Part shown: positions 27,865 through 36,535 of the stretch, piece by piece | Position numbering within the stretch: the stretch's first letter is position 1 | How the letters are laid out: the number at the start of each line of letters is the position of its first letter | IMG/VR virus record: IMGVR_UViG_3300020179_000005 | Location: 145,702 to 209,701 of that record | Length of the DNA: 64,000 nucleotides | Strand: one strand, 5' to 3' | Notes under the pieces: generated by a model | The model's database searches: none | The model's input: only the letters and a program-made list of their open reading frames with translations | What the model was told of the DNA's origin: nothing | Program-made: the position numbers and the translations under genes

Positions 27865-28160
27865 AAGGCCGTATCATGACAAGTAGGGACACCCATGACA
27901 TAGAAGAGTACGAACGGGAACGGAAAACTACCAATGTCCAACCAGCCCTAATGGTTAAATTAATGATGGAATCTGAACCTTGTTTGTTTGCCAACAAGAA
28001 CAAACCTGTAGTTGTCCCTTACAAAATGCCGTATAATTTAATGGTGATTAGGGACAGAATGCTTGACATTAGTCGTTGGCATGCTCAGCTACAGGTTTCT
28101 TTTGAGCGTATTCTTCGTAGAGAGTCTTTTTATTCTGCCGGTTCGTTGTATATCAAATAG
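27861..28160 (+). CDS. hypothetical protein
   Basis: ORF in a coupled run. Confidence 0.55.
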   Translation: MKGRIMTSRDTHDIEEYERERKTTNVQPALMVKLMMESEPCLFANKNKPVVVPYKMPYNLMVIRDRMLDISRWHAQLQVSFERILRRESFYSAGSLYIK

Positions 28161-28178
28161 TTGTAAAGGAGTTACGTT

Positions 28179-28496
28179 ATGGACAGTCAAGATATAATTA
28201 ATCAGTACAGAATGGCTTTGCGTTTTTGTGCCGAGAACGAATTGCCTATTGGTGTTCACGATTTATTGGATGGTTTGGCCATTGCTGGTTTGAAGCTTTG
28301 TGATTTGAATGACGACGAATATGATGAAGAGGGTGTAAGTTTAACTTCCAAAGCTTACATGTATTCTGTTGTTGAGAATATAGAGACATCTCATCATAGA
28401 AATAAAGAAGTTGATGATTTTGATTCGGATATTGATGATGATCTTGATATTGAGGATTTTTATTCGGTAGATCCGTCTGACGAAACAGAGGTTTAG
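28179..28496 (+). CDS. acidic hypothetical protein
   Basis: AAGGAG SD. Confidence 0.65.
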   Translation: MDSQDIINQYRMALRFCAENELPIGVHDLLDGLAIAGLKLCDLNDDEYDEEGVSLTSKAYMYSVVENIETSHHRNKEVDDFDSDIDDDLDIEDFYSVDPSDETEV

Positions 28497-28497
28497 A

Positions 28498-28812
28498 ATG
28501 GCAGATATTATAGGTCCAGATGGAATAGCAATACCAAGAAACAACGTTTTTTGTTTACCTTTAAGCCCTGATAATTATTATGGAAGAGCTTCTACGATGG
28601 AAGAAATATCTAGAATGCCCGTACAGCCCACCTTTTACATTGGTCAGAGTAGAGACACACGAGAGTATGTTGGCATATCTTATTCATTGTTGGAAGATGG
28701 TACATATCATTTTTTTGTAAAGAGGAAGGAACGCGGTTCACTTTCTTATAGTGATTATGTTTTGGTTGGCACAAAATATACGAGAGTGAATCTTAAAAAT
28801 GAGTCTCGCTAA
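28498..28812 (+). CDS. hypothetical protein
   Basis: ORF. Confidence 0.55.
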   Translation: MADIIGPDGIAIPRNNVFCLPLSPDNYYGRASTMEEISRMPVQPTFYIGQSRDTREYVGISYSLLEDGTYHFFVKRKERGSLSYSDYVLVGTKYTRVNLKNESR

Positions 28813-28896
28813 GTCTCGCAAAGTTTCCAAAGGTCCTAAAAAGCCTCCCACACCACCACCACCGCCACCGGCGGACGTCCCCAAGGAGAAATAACT

Positions 28897-29388
28897 ATGG
28901 GAATGGATGTATACGGTAAAAATCCGAAAAATAAAAAGGGTGAGTATTTTCGGAATAGCGTATGGTGGTGGCATCCTTTATGGCATTACTGCGAAACTGT
29001 GCACAATGACATTGCACAAAAGGTAGAGGACGGTCATAGCAATAGTGGCTATGGCTTAGATTCAACTGACGCATATAAGCTTGGAATAAAACTTAGACAG
29101 GATTGCGTATCCGGACTTGCTTCGGAGTACGAAAGAAGATACATGGCAGAGTTGAGTCAATTGCCAAAAGAAAAATGCCATCTTTGCCGTGGTACAGGTA
29201 TCATTGTGAAAGAAAATGAATTTTACGTTTCAGCTGATGCAGAATCCGTATCAGGCAGTAAAGTTTGCCATGTTTGTTCTGGAGAAGGATTTACTGATTC
29301 TTTTAGTAAGAATTATCCTTTCTCTGCAGAAAATCTTAGAGATTTTGCTGAGTTTTGTATACATTCCGGTGGATTTAGTATACATTGA
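28897..29388 (+). CDS. phage protein with CxxCxGxG zinc finger
   Basis: AAGGAG SD; CHLCRGTG and CHVCSGEG. Confidence 0.7.
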   Translation: MGMDVYGKNPKNKKGEYFRNSVWWWHPLWHYCETVHNDIAQKVEDGHSNSGYGLDSTDAYKLGIKLRQDCVSGLASEYERRYMAELSQLPKEKCHLCRGTGIIVKENEFYVSADAESVSGSKVCHVCSGEGFTDSFSKNYPFSAENLRDFAEFCIHSGGFSIH

Positions 29389-29406
29389 TATTATTTATTT
29401 TTATTA

Positions 29407-29712
29407 TTGGAGATTACGATGGACAAAGATATTGATGAAATCTTTAATAGTGTAACTAAAAATTTTAACGATAGAGTCAGTCAGCTTAATGCGATGATTT
29501 TAGAAGTTCAGGATCTTTTTCCTCGTTATCGCGAATTGTCTAAATTGATTGTTGAAATATATTCTACTCCATCTCCGGATGAAAATAAGATTACAGAACT
29601 TAAAGAAAATTTTTATAGATTGGTAAAGAATTTGAACTCTATTAATAAAGAAATATATACGATAATATTTGAGTCAGATTTTACCAATGATCAAAGTCAA
29701 AACAATGACTAG
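29407..29712 (+). CDS. hypothetical coiled-coil protein
   Basis: ORF. Confidence 0.55.
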   Translation: MEITMDKDIDEIFNSVTKNFNDRVSQLNAMILEVQDLFPRYRELSKLIVEIYSTPSPDENKITELKENFYRLVKNLNSINKEIYTIIFESDFTNDQSQNND

Positions 29713-29723
29713 AAAGGTTGATT

Positions 29724-30485
29724 ATGTCTGAGTTTTCGCGTCAGAATGACGATGATTTGTTTGATTACGATCCGTCTAAGGATAAACCAAAGGTATCACA
29801 CGATTATATTTCTTCTTCTTCTAATTCAAAAGTATCTAATGAAGTTTATGATCAGATTACAAAAAGCATTGAAGAAAACGACGATGAAAATTATTTGAAG
29901 ATCAACGGTTTGCGGATAAAATTTTCTCAGGCTATTTTGAATTCTTATGATTATTGGATATCGCCAATCGGCGCCATCTCGTCTTTTGTTACTATATCAC
30001 AAGTTCTTGATCAGTTAACTGGTGGAAGATTTTCCAGTTTATACCTTTACAATTATTTGGAAACCAGTATACTTAGACGCAAACATATTATATATCTTTT
30101 GAGTCAAACATTTGATCAAGTTTCTCGGAACAAAGACGACGACGATTCTTTTAGAGAGTTTTTGGCCAGACTTGATGTGAAGGTTTCTGATTCTTATCTT
30201 CCTACTTACGTAGGTACATTGGTAAGAATTTCCTCTCACATTCTTGCCAAGGACCGCGCAATGTATATCACATTGGCAAATAAACTTGATATTGTACCCA
30301 ATGCGTCTGTACTAGAGTCTGTTTCTTCACCTAGCGAAGTGTACAACAATTCTCAACAGAACGTCAAAGCGGCTTCGGATTGTTTGTTGCAGGAAACATT
30401 CAATAAATCAGTTGACATGGCTTTTGCTGAGAAGTTGAATAATTTGAATGGCACTCAAGTAGATTATCAGCTGCGTAGCATATGA
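29724..30485 (+). CDS. hypothetical protein
   Basis: ORF with SD. Confidence 0.65.
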   Translation: MSEFSRQNDDDLFDYDPSKDKPKVSHDYISSSSNSKVSNEVYDQITKSIEENDDENYLKINGLRIKFSQAILNSYDYWISPIGAISSFVTISQVLDQLTGGRFSSLYLYNYLETSILRRKHIIYLLSQTFDQVSRNKDDDDSFREFLARLDVKVSDSYLPTYVGTLVRISSHILAKDRAMYITLANKLDIVPNASVLESVSSPSEVYNNSQQNVKAASDCLLQETFNKSVDMAFAEKLNNLNGTQVDYQLRSI

Positions 30486-30913
30486 TAAAGTCTGTTGCCA
30501 TTCTTATTGTAACGGCAGTAGCAACAGCGGCTATAAATTATGCCTTGATGCCTACACCATTTGTGTTTTTTATAATACTTGTTCTTTTGGCTCATGAATT
30601 TGGACATTATTTTATATCTTTATTGAACAGAGCAAGTCCTGACTTACCCTATATTATACCGTTACCATTAATTGCAATAGGAATAACAAGAGTACATAAT
30701 TTTCAAGAGCTCAAGCCAAATTCCCAAAAGTCCATACTTTTTGGTGGGCCTTTGTTTGGCGTAATTACAGCTATAAGTATATTTATATATCTCCTTACAA
30801 ATCCAATCATTTCCCCACTTTATATGCTGATAATAGCATTGCTTGAGATCATTTTAAATTATTTCGGTTCTGACGGTTCAAGATACCGCAGAATATCTAA
30901 CAAGGAGTTATGA
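30482..30913 (+). CDS. M50 (site-2 protease)-like membrane metalloprotease
   Basis: LLAHEFGHY (HExxH) inside a TM segment; GGP motif; C-terminal D. Confidence 0.65.
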   Translation: MIKSVAILIVTAVATAAINYALMPTPFVFFIILVLLAHEFGHYFISLLNRASPDLPYIIPLPLIAIGITRVHNFQELKPNSQKSILFGGPLFGVITAISIFIYLLTNPIISPLYMLIIALLEIILNYFGSDGSRYRRISNKEL

Positions 30914-31009
30914 TGTACGCTATTTTTATTCCTATTTTGATAACTGGTTTGGTTTTAAGGATTTATAACAATAAACTTAAACATATGATCAACGTTCAAG
31001 AGGAACAAA

Positions 31010-31237
31010 ATGACACAGTTAAACAGACAACAGAAGATAGACAGAATACAACAGTATCTTAATGATTGTTGTTTTGACATACAAGGAATTTCGAGTTCTC
31101 AATCTTTGATGAACACCGCTGAAGCACAGCTTGCAAGAATACTTACCAAAATAGTGGTCGGTGGTGCTTCTATTTGGTGGAGTGTTATGGAGTTGAGACA
31201 GTTTTTGAAAATCAGAAAAACGCAGAAAGGGTTATAA
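31010..31237 (+). CDS. hypothetical protein
   Basis: GAGG SD; ORF. Confidence 0.5.
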   Translation: MTQLNRQQKIDRIQQYLNDCCFDIQGISSSQSLMNTAEAQLARILTKIVVGGASIWWSVMELRQFLKIRKTQKGL

Positions 31238-31599
31238 TGTCGTCTAACATAGAAAGTTTCAATTTTTCTTTTGCCATGGCTGCAAAAGCCAAGGATTCTT
31301 TGGAGGAGCAAGTTTCTAGCGTAGAGTCTAGGATAGAAAAGATAGTCGATCATTTTACGATAAATGACGCACCGATATTGAAGTTCATTCTCAATATGAA
31401 TCCTACCAGAGAAGACCTTAAAAAATTATCTAAAGCTTTAGATCGTTTGTCTGATTTGGTAGAAATTTATAATACATTGGATTCAAAGTTGTCGGTTATC
31501 AATGCCGCAGAAAAGGATCCGAATTGGTTTGCTTTGGCTTTTGGTGATTTCAAAGAAGACATAGACAAAGGTATTGAGCAAATTCTAACAGAAGAATAA
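31237..31599 (+). CDS. hypothetical coiled-coil protein
   Basis: ORF. Confidence 0.6.
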   Translation: MSSNIESFNFSFAMAAKAKDSLEEQVSSVESRIEKIVDHFTINDAPILKFILNMNPTREDLKKLSKALDRLSDLVEIYNTLDSKLSVINAAEKDPNWFALAFGDFKEDIDKGIEQILTEE

Positions 31600-31620
31600 T
31601 TATAGATTGGATATAACATC

Positions 31621-32700
31621 ATGGACAAAGTGTCTTACTCATTTGTAAAGCAAGAAGATAGCATTGTCTTTCGTTCCAAGGTACAGGCATTCAACCTTGA
31701 TCATGTAACGGACAAAGACATTCGTTCTTTTTATTTGCAGTTTTCACAGTATGCTGCCTTTGATACTGGTTTGTTACCGTTGGACGGAACTGGTTTGCTT
31801 TGTGTTCGCAAAGCAGGCGAATACACACAGGTTGCCTACCAGTACAAACCAGGTAGTTATTATGTTAACTGGGGGACATACGAAAAGGATCCTGAAGCCA
31901 AAAAGTATCTTTTGGCGCAACCTTATCGAGTGGTTATAATAGATTTTAAGTCCAACAATTTGTTGGGTGCTAGAACGTTTTACACCACTACCCCTGTTAC
32001 GCATCCAGATGTCCAGTTGTATCATGTTAATCTTCCCAACATAAATTGCAGAGGGTACCGCGGCAATGGCGTTGGATGGATTTGTTTGTATCATAATACC
32101 GATTGGAGTAGTCTGACGTTTAATGAGCGTTTGGCGCTTGCTTTGGAGCGTTGTTCCGGTTCTGAAGCATACAACGACAACAATATGTCGGAAACTGACG
32201 GTCCGAGATTCTATCGAGACATGTACCAGAACGATGCTTCTTTTTCCTACATGTGGAATCCCAGCGTTTGGCAGAACAAAACATCTCAGGACGGTTATGA
32301 GTGGACTTTGTTTGCCCCGTGGATTCCTGTTGTAGTTGAGGGTCTCGACCGGCAGGCAGCACATTCAACTTCTTCTGAAGCTGTTCCGCTTACATTTTCA
32401 ATGGCTTTGACTGGTACATACAAATCTTATTACACTGATAAGATGCCATTGAAACCCATAAATGCATTGCAGCGCAATGGAGAGAGCGTAATTACCGATA
32501 TTACCAACTATTTTGTACAGTCTTACAATAATTCTTCAACACAGTATGTTGGTAGGGACATAATGGAGGATAGTAAGAAGTTTAGAGACTCTAGAAAAGA
32601 AGTTAACCAAGGTCAGTTGTTTGAAGAGTCTGAGTCCGAAGAAGATGAAGATCATGATGATGACGACCATGATCAAGGGGGAGAAGAAGGTCCTTTTTAG
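31621..32700 (+). CDS. prokaryotic E2 family D-like ubiquitin-conjugating protein (copy 1)
   Basis: AQPYRVVII...QLYHVNLPNI...GWICL resembles the E2-D 'P.lv...Ly.aP.PNv..G.iC' pattern; lies within the Ubl operon. Confidence 0.65.
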   Translation: MDKVSYSFVKQEDSIVFRSKVQAFNLDHVTDKDIRSFYLQFSQYAAFDTGLLPLDGTGLLCVRKAGEYTQVAYQYKPGSYYVNWGTYEKDPEAKKYLLAQPYRVVIIDFKSNNLLGARTFYTTTPVTHPDVQLYHVNLPNINCRGYRGNGVGWICLYHNTDWSSLTFNERLALALERCSGSEAYNDNNMSETDGPRFYRDMYQNDASFSYMWNPSVWQNKTSQDGYEWTLFAPWIPVVVEGLDRQAAHSTSSEAVPLTFSMALTGTYKSYYTDKMPLKPINALQRNGESVITDITNYFVQSYNNSSTQYVGRDIMEDSKKFRDSRKEVNQGQLFEESESEEDEDHDDDDHDQGGEEGPF

Positions 32701-32801
32701 ATATAAATTCTAAAGAGACTTTCGATGGTGTACCACTTACAATACTGGCTCAAGACTACATAACTGGCAGTATTGATACTGTTGATTTTGACAATACTAC
32801 A

Positions 32802-33587
32802 TTGGTCTATTCCAATACTACTGGATTTTGGTATTCTAAAGATGGGGATTACTTGGCTGTTTGTTCAAATTGCGGTCAAGTACATTTTTGTTTTGAAGAA
32901 AATTATAATAAGTCTAATCCGTATGAAAGTTTTAATATTTGGTACCAAAATCAAGAGGCTTTCAATAATTTTTCTGATATGCCTGTTGTTATTTGTAGTA
33001 CTTGTAAAAAAGATTACATAGATGATATTTCAAAATGTAAATTATGTCTTGTTGATATACCTCCAAAAGAACATTATTCTCATGTTCACGAATTTAAAGA
33101 TACTAATCATTGTAAACATCTTATTTGTAATTCTTGTTCTAGTACTCATTGGTATCACCCTATGATGTGTCTGTGTGGCGAAGCAGTTTCAGAAGTTGAC
33201 ATGTATCAAATCAAACCGATAGTTATAGATGAAATAACTAGCACGCATCATTCAGACGCATTCTTTGCTTTGAAGGATAGGCTTCAACTAGAGCATACCG
33301 ATAGTGTTTATCTTTATGCTACTAAGATTTGTTCTTCTTGTTATTCAGAAAATCCATTTGATTATAATAAATTTATAAATAAGATATCAACTAATATTAA
33401 TATAGAAAGTTTGTCTTGTGTTGCTGATTCTTTGGGTGATATCGAGACAAAATATATACAATTGGTTGAGACTTACTACAAAAAGCCTACAGACGATGAT
33501 GTTGAAGTGTTAGTGCCTGCAATTTATTTACAGGCTCAAATCAAAAGTCACGGCTATGTAGGATATTTCTCTAAAGAAATAGTTTAA
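32802..33587 (+). CDS. Cys-rich Zn-binding protein with RING-like ligand pattern
   Basis: C-x2-C-x21-C-x-H-x2-C-x2-C-x10-C-x-C, plus additional CxxC pairs. Confidence 0.55.
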   Translation: MVYSNTTGFWYSKDGDYLAVCSNCGQVHFCFEENYNKSNPYESFNIWYQNQEAFNNFSDMPVVICSTCKKDYIDDISKCKLCLVDIPPKEHYSHVHEFKDTNHCKHLICNSCSSTHWYHPMMCLCGEAVSEVDMYQIKPIVIDEITSTHHSDAFFALKDRLQLEHTDSVYLYATKICSSCYSENPFDYNKFINKISTNINIESLSCVADSLGDIETKYIQLVETYYKKPTDDDVEVLVPAIYLQAQIKSHGYVGYFSKEIV

Positions 33588-33615
33588 TTAAATAACAAAT
33601 TGAGGAGGATATGAT

Positions 33616-35388
33616 ATGACAGTACCACAACTGAATGACCTGAAGCATTTTTGGATGCCTTCAGGTGTTCCATGTTTTATCGCAGATCGTCAAGACATAT
33701 GCGATGTCGTGGAGAATATGGGTTTTCAAATATATTATTTGCTTTCGAACCACAAAACCGAAACCAAGTCGGTCACAAATAGTACTCCTTCTGCGTCGCC
33801 GCATAATTATGGTTATACCACTTATGGAAATTCAACCGTTACGTCGATAAAGATAGAAAAGAAGCCTAGACTTTTCAAGGTCGTAAACAATTACGTAGGT
33901 AGGGTAGTTGCGGTAAGTAATGACGAGTTTCCTGCTGAATTCATTGACATTGAAGACGAATGTACTTATAGCATGCCCCTCATTCCCATTGATGTTGTCA
34001 ATAAGCTGGATGAGTTCTTTAGGCTTGTACACTCACAGCACGGTACGGAATCAATCGTTATACTTACATACGATACTACCAAGACCGGACCAGCAGGTTG
34101 GGGTGTTCTGGTTCCGGAACAAACAAACACCGCAGCCCATTGCAAGTATGATGCCGACAGCATCGTTGCATTAAAGCCCGAGAACGTCATGATTGTTGGT
34201 TCGGTACATTCGCACCCGGATATGCCTGCCTATGCTTCAGGCACAGATCATGACGATCAAGCTGATTTTGATGGTTTACACATAACCTATGGTTGGCAAA
34301 AGAATGTAAACAATGGTGCCACACAGTATTATGCCGAGTTACAAATGGCAGGCACAGGATACAAACTTGACATGGAAGATGTTTTTGAAACTGTAACGGT
34401 GCAGAAAGATCCTGATCCTGAAGTTGTGGAGTGGTCCACTAAAGTAAAAAAAGCCTACCCCCCCTACCAGGGGGGATACAACACCATTCAAAATGGTCGG
34501 CACACGCAAACAACTCAAACGACGACACCACAACAGCAGCCTGGGCTTCAGACTGGGAAGGCGGTTGGGGGATCTAGAACTCCTTTGAAGCAGGCCAGAT
34601 TTCTGGAAAAGTACGAGGATATGCTGGCAGCTTATCATATGCCGTACAACGCCGTTCTGGCTATTGAGGCAGAGCTTGATGAGCGGAACAGAGGACATTG
34701 TCTTGTGTGCGAAACCGAGATTAATATCTCCGATGTAAGAATCGGTTTGTGTCCCACATGCGAAGTTCCCCTTGTTCATCCAGAAGACCATATGTCTACG
34801 ATTGTTGAAAAGGTAGAGTCTTATTTGATCGACAATTATTTGCCGTATACTACTCCCGTTTATTTGTATTCGTTTACGGATGATAATCTTCCAAGCATAA
34901 TGAATATCAGTGACGAATTGAGATATTATACGGGTACGGCAATGAAGCCTATCGTTCAGAATTCTACCGTCAAAAAGGCGGATGTTTCTGACCTGTCTGA
35001 TTATGTTCATTTGCCAACACATACAGAGGACGTAATACCCATAGACAGTGCTTTCAGCTCTGGACATACTGCTTGTTGTGGTGTAAGGATAGAGAATGCT
35101 GAAGCTGATTGCGTTTGTGCCGTGAGACTGATGCCCGATGATGTTGTGGATTTTGATAGTTATTTGGCTGAAAATGCTGATATATATGTTCCGAATTCTC
35201 CATGCCATGATTGTACCCATTTTTATTCCATCAAATGCCCTGCGTTTAGAGAGCTTTTGACAGAATGGGTAAGGTCTAAAGATAGTTTCAACATTATTCT
35301 TTACACACATTCCGTCAATGGTTGCAGCAATTATGAACATTATGCAAATTCTTTTGCTGAAATTCAATATAATGACGAAATTAGATAG
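33616..35388 (+). CDS. JAB/MPN isopeptidase with Cys-rich C-terminal extension
   Basis: GTESIVIL (E) ... VGSVHSHPDMPAYASGTD (HxH-x7-S-x2-D). Confidence 0.85.
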   Translation: MTVPQLNDLKHFWMPSGVPCFIADRQDICDVVENMGFQIYYLLSNHKTETKSVTNSTPSASPHNYGYTTYGNSTVTSIKIEKKPRLFKVVNNYVGRVVAVSNDEFPAEFIDIEDECTYSMPLIPIDVVNKLDEFFRLVHSQHGTESIVILTYDTTKTGPAGWGVLVPEQTNTAAHCKYDADSIVALKPENVMIVGSVHSHPDMPAYASGTDHDDQADFDGLHITYGWQKNVNNGATQYYAELQMAGTGYKLDMEDVFETVTVQKDPDPEVVEWSTKVKKAYPPYQGGYNTIQNGRHTQTTQTTTPQQQPGLQTGKAVGGSRTPLKQARFLEKYEDMLAAYHMPYNAVLAIEAELDERNRGHCLVCETEINISDVRIGLCPTCEVPLVHPEDHMSTIVEKVESYLIDNYLPYTTPVYLYSFTDDNLPSIMNISDELRYYTGTAMKPIVQNSTVKKADVSDLSDYVHLPTHTEDVIPIDSAFSSGHTACCGVRIENAEADCVCAVRLMPDDVVDFDSYLAENADIYVPNSPCHDCTHFYSIKCPAFRELLTEWVRSKDSFNIILYTHSVNGCSNYEHYANSFAEIQYNDEIR

Positions 35389-35391
35389 AAG

Positions 35392-36159
35392 GTGGATAAA
35401 ATGCAATCAAAAAGATTTGTTATCGTAGGTACAGGCGGCATAGGCACGTGGCTTGCTGCTGGTCTTGTACGTCTTTTGGAATGGAAAATGCCTGGTTCTG
35501 GTTTGATTCTCGTAGACGGAGACAACTACGAAGAGAAGAACAAGGAGCGCCAGGATTTTACAAAGTTAGGCAACAAGGCTGTTGTGAAAGCGGCCGAGTT
35601 GACGCCTCAGTTTCCCAAGACCACGATCATACCGGTACCAAAGTGGGTCGTGTCTGACGACAACACTGGAGTTTCCGCTGATAGTGATTCTCCCAGAATT
35701 AAGGCTTCCGACTTGTTGATTGACGGCGACGTTGTTTTTGCTGTCGTCGATAATTTTGCTGCTCGCAAGATACTTTTCGACGCCGCTGCAAAACTTATAA
35801 ACGTCGATGTATTCACAGGCGGTAACGACGATGCTTTGTTCGGTTCCATCTATCATTACCAAAGAAGAGATGGCAAGAACATAACTGAACATCCTGTCGT
35901 TTTTCATCCTGAATATGAAAATCCTCCTGACAAAAATCCAGGCGAACTTTCTTGTCAGGAAAGATCTAAGCTTGAGGGCGGTACGCAATTATTGGCTACC
36001 AATATGGCGGTGGCCGCATTCATACTTGGTAGGGTTCATAAGACCATTGTTCTAGATCAAAGTCCCGAAGAAACCGAAATCTATTTTGATTTGGGTTTGG
36101 GAAAATCTGAGCCCTACAACAGAATGGTTTCGCAGGTCAATCAACCTGCGATGGTATAA
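35392..36159 (+). CDS. ThiF/E1-like Ubl-activating enzyme
   Basis: VIVGTGGIG, VDGD.YEEKNKERQ, NKA, VDNFAARK, and LSC (candidate catalytic Cys). Confidence 0.88.
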   Translation: MDKMQSKRFVIVGTGGIGTWLAAGLVRLLEWKMPGSGLILVDGDNYEEKNKERQDFTKLGNKAVVKAAELTPQFPKTTIIPVPKWVVSDDNTGVSADSDSPRIKASDLLIDGDVVFAVVDNFAARKILFDAAAKLINVDVFTGGNDDALFGSIYHYQRRDGKNITEHPVVFHPEYENPPDKNPGELSCQERSKLEGGTQLLATNMAVAAFILGRVHKTIVLDQSPEETEIYFDLGLGKSEPYNRMVSQVNQPAMV

Positions 36160-36184
36160 AACAACAACACAATAGGAGAATAAA

Positions 36185-36436
36185 ATGGATCAGTCAGCAT
36201 CGCAGAATCAACCTTCTGCATCGCAAGGTATTGCCAATGTTCGCTTTGGTGTATACAATCAGCCAAGCAACATTGGAGGTAAAACAGTTTCTCAGGCAAG
36301 AGAGCAGTTTTCTCGACTGTGGGGCATTCCCACGGACGCTGTTGCCTACAAAGGCAAGGACAAACTTGATGAAAACTATGTCATCCAGCCAGGCGACAAC
36401 GTGGAGTTCCACCGTCGCGCAGGCGAGAAGGGCTGA
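36185..36436 (+). CDS. ubiquitin-like (beta-grasp) modifier ending in RRAGEKG
   Basis: GKTVSQAR...YVIQPGDNVEF pattern, C-terminal Gly, directly after E1. Confidence 0.75.
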   Translation: MDQSASQNQPSASQGIANVRFGVYNQPSNIGGKTVSQAREQFSRLWGIPTDAVAYKGKDKLDENYVIQPGDNVEFHRRAGEKG

Positions 36437-36535
36437 TATAGTTCAAGGTTTGAGTGGGGGGGACCATAACCTTTCAAATGGTTTCCCCCACTCTTATATA
36501 AAGGCGATATTTAATACAATAGAAAGCAGTATTTT

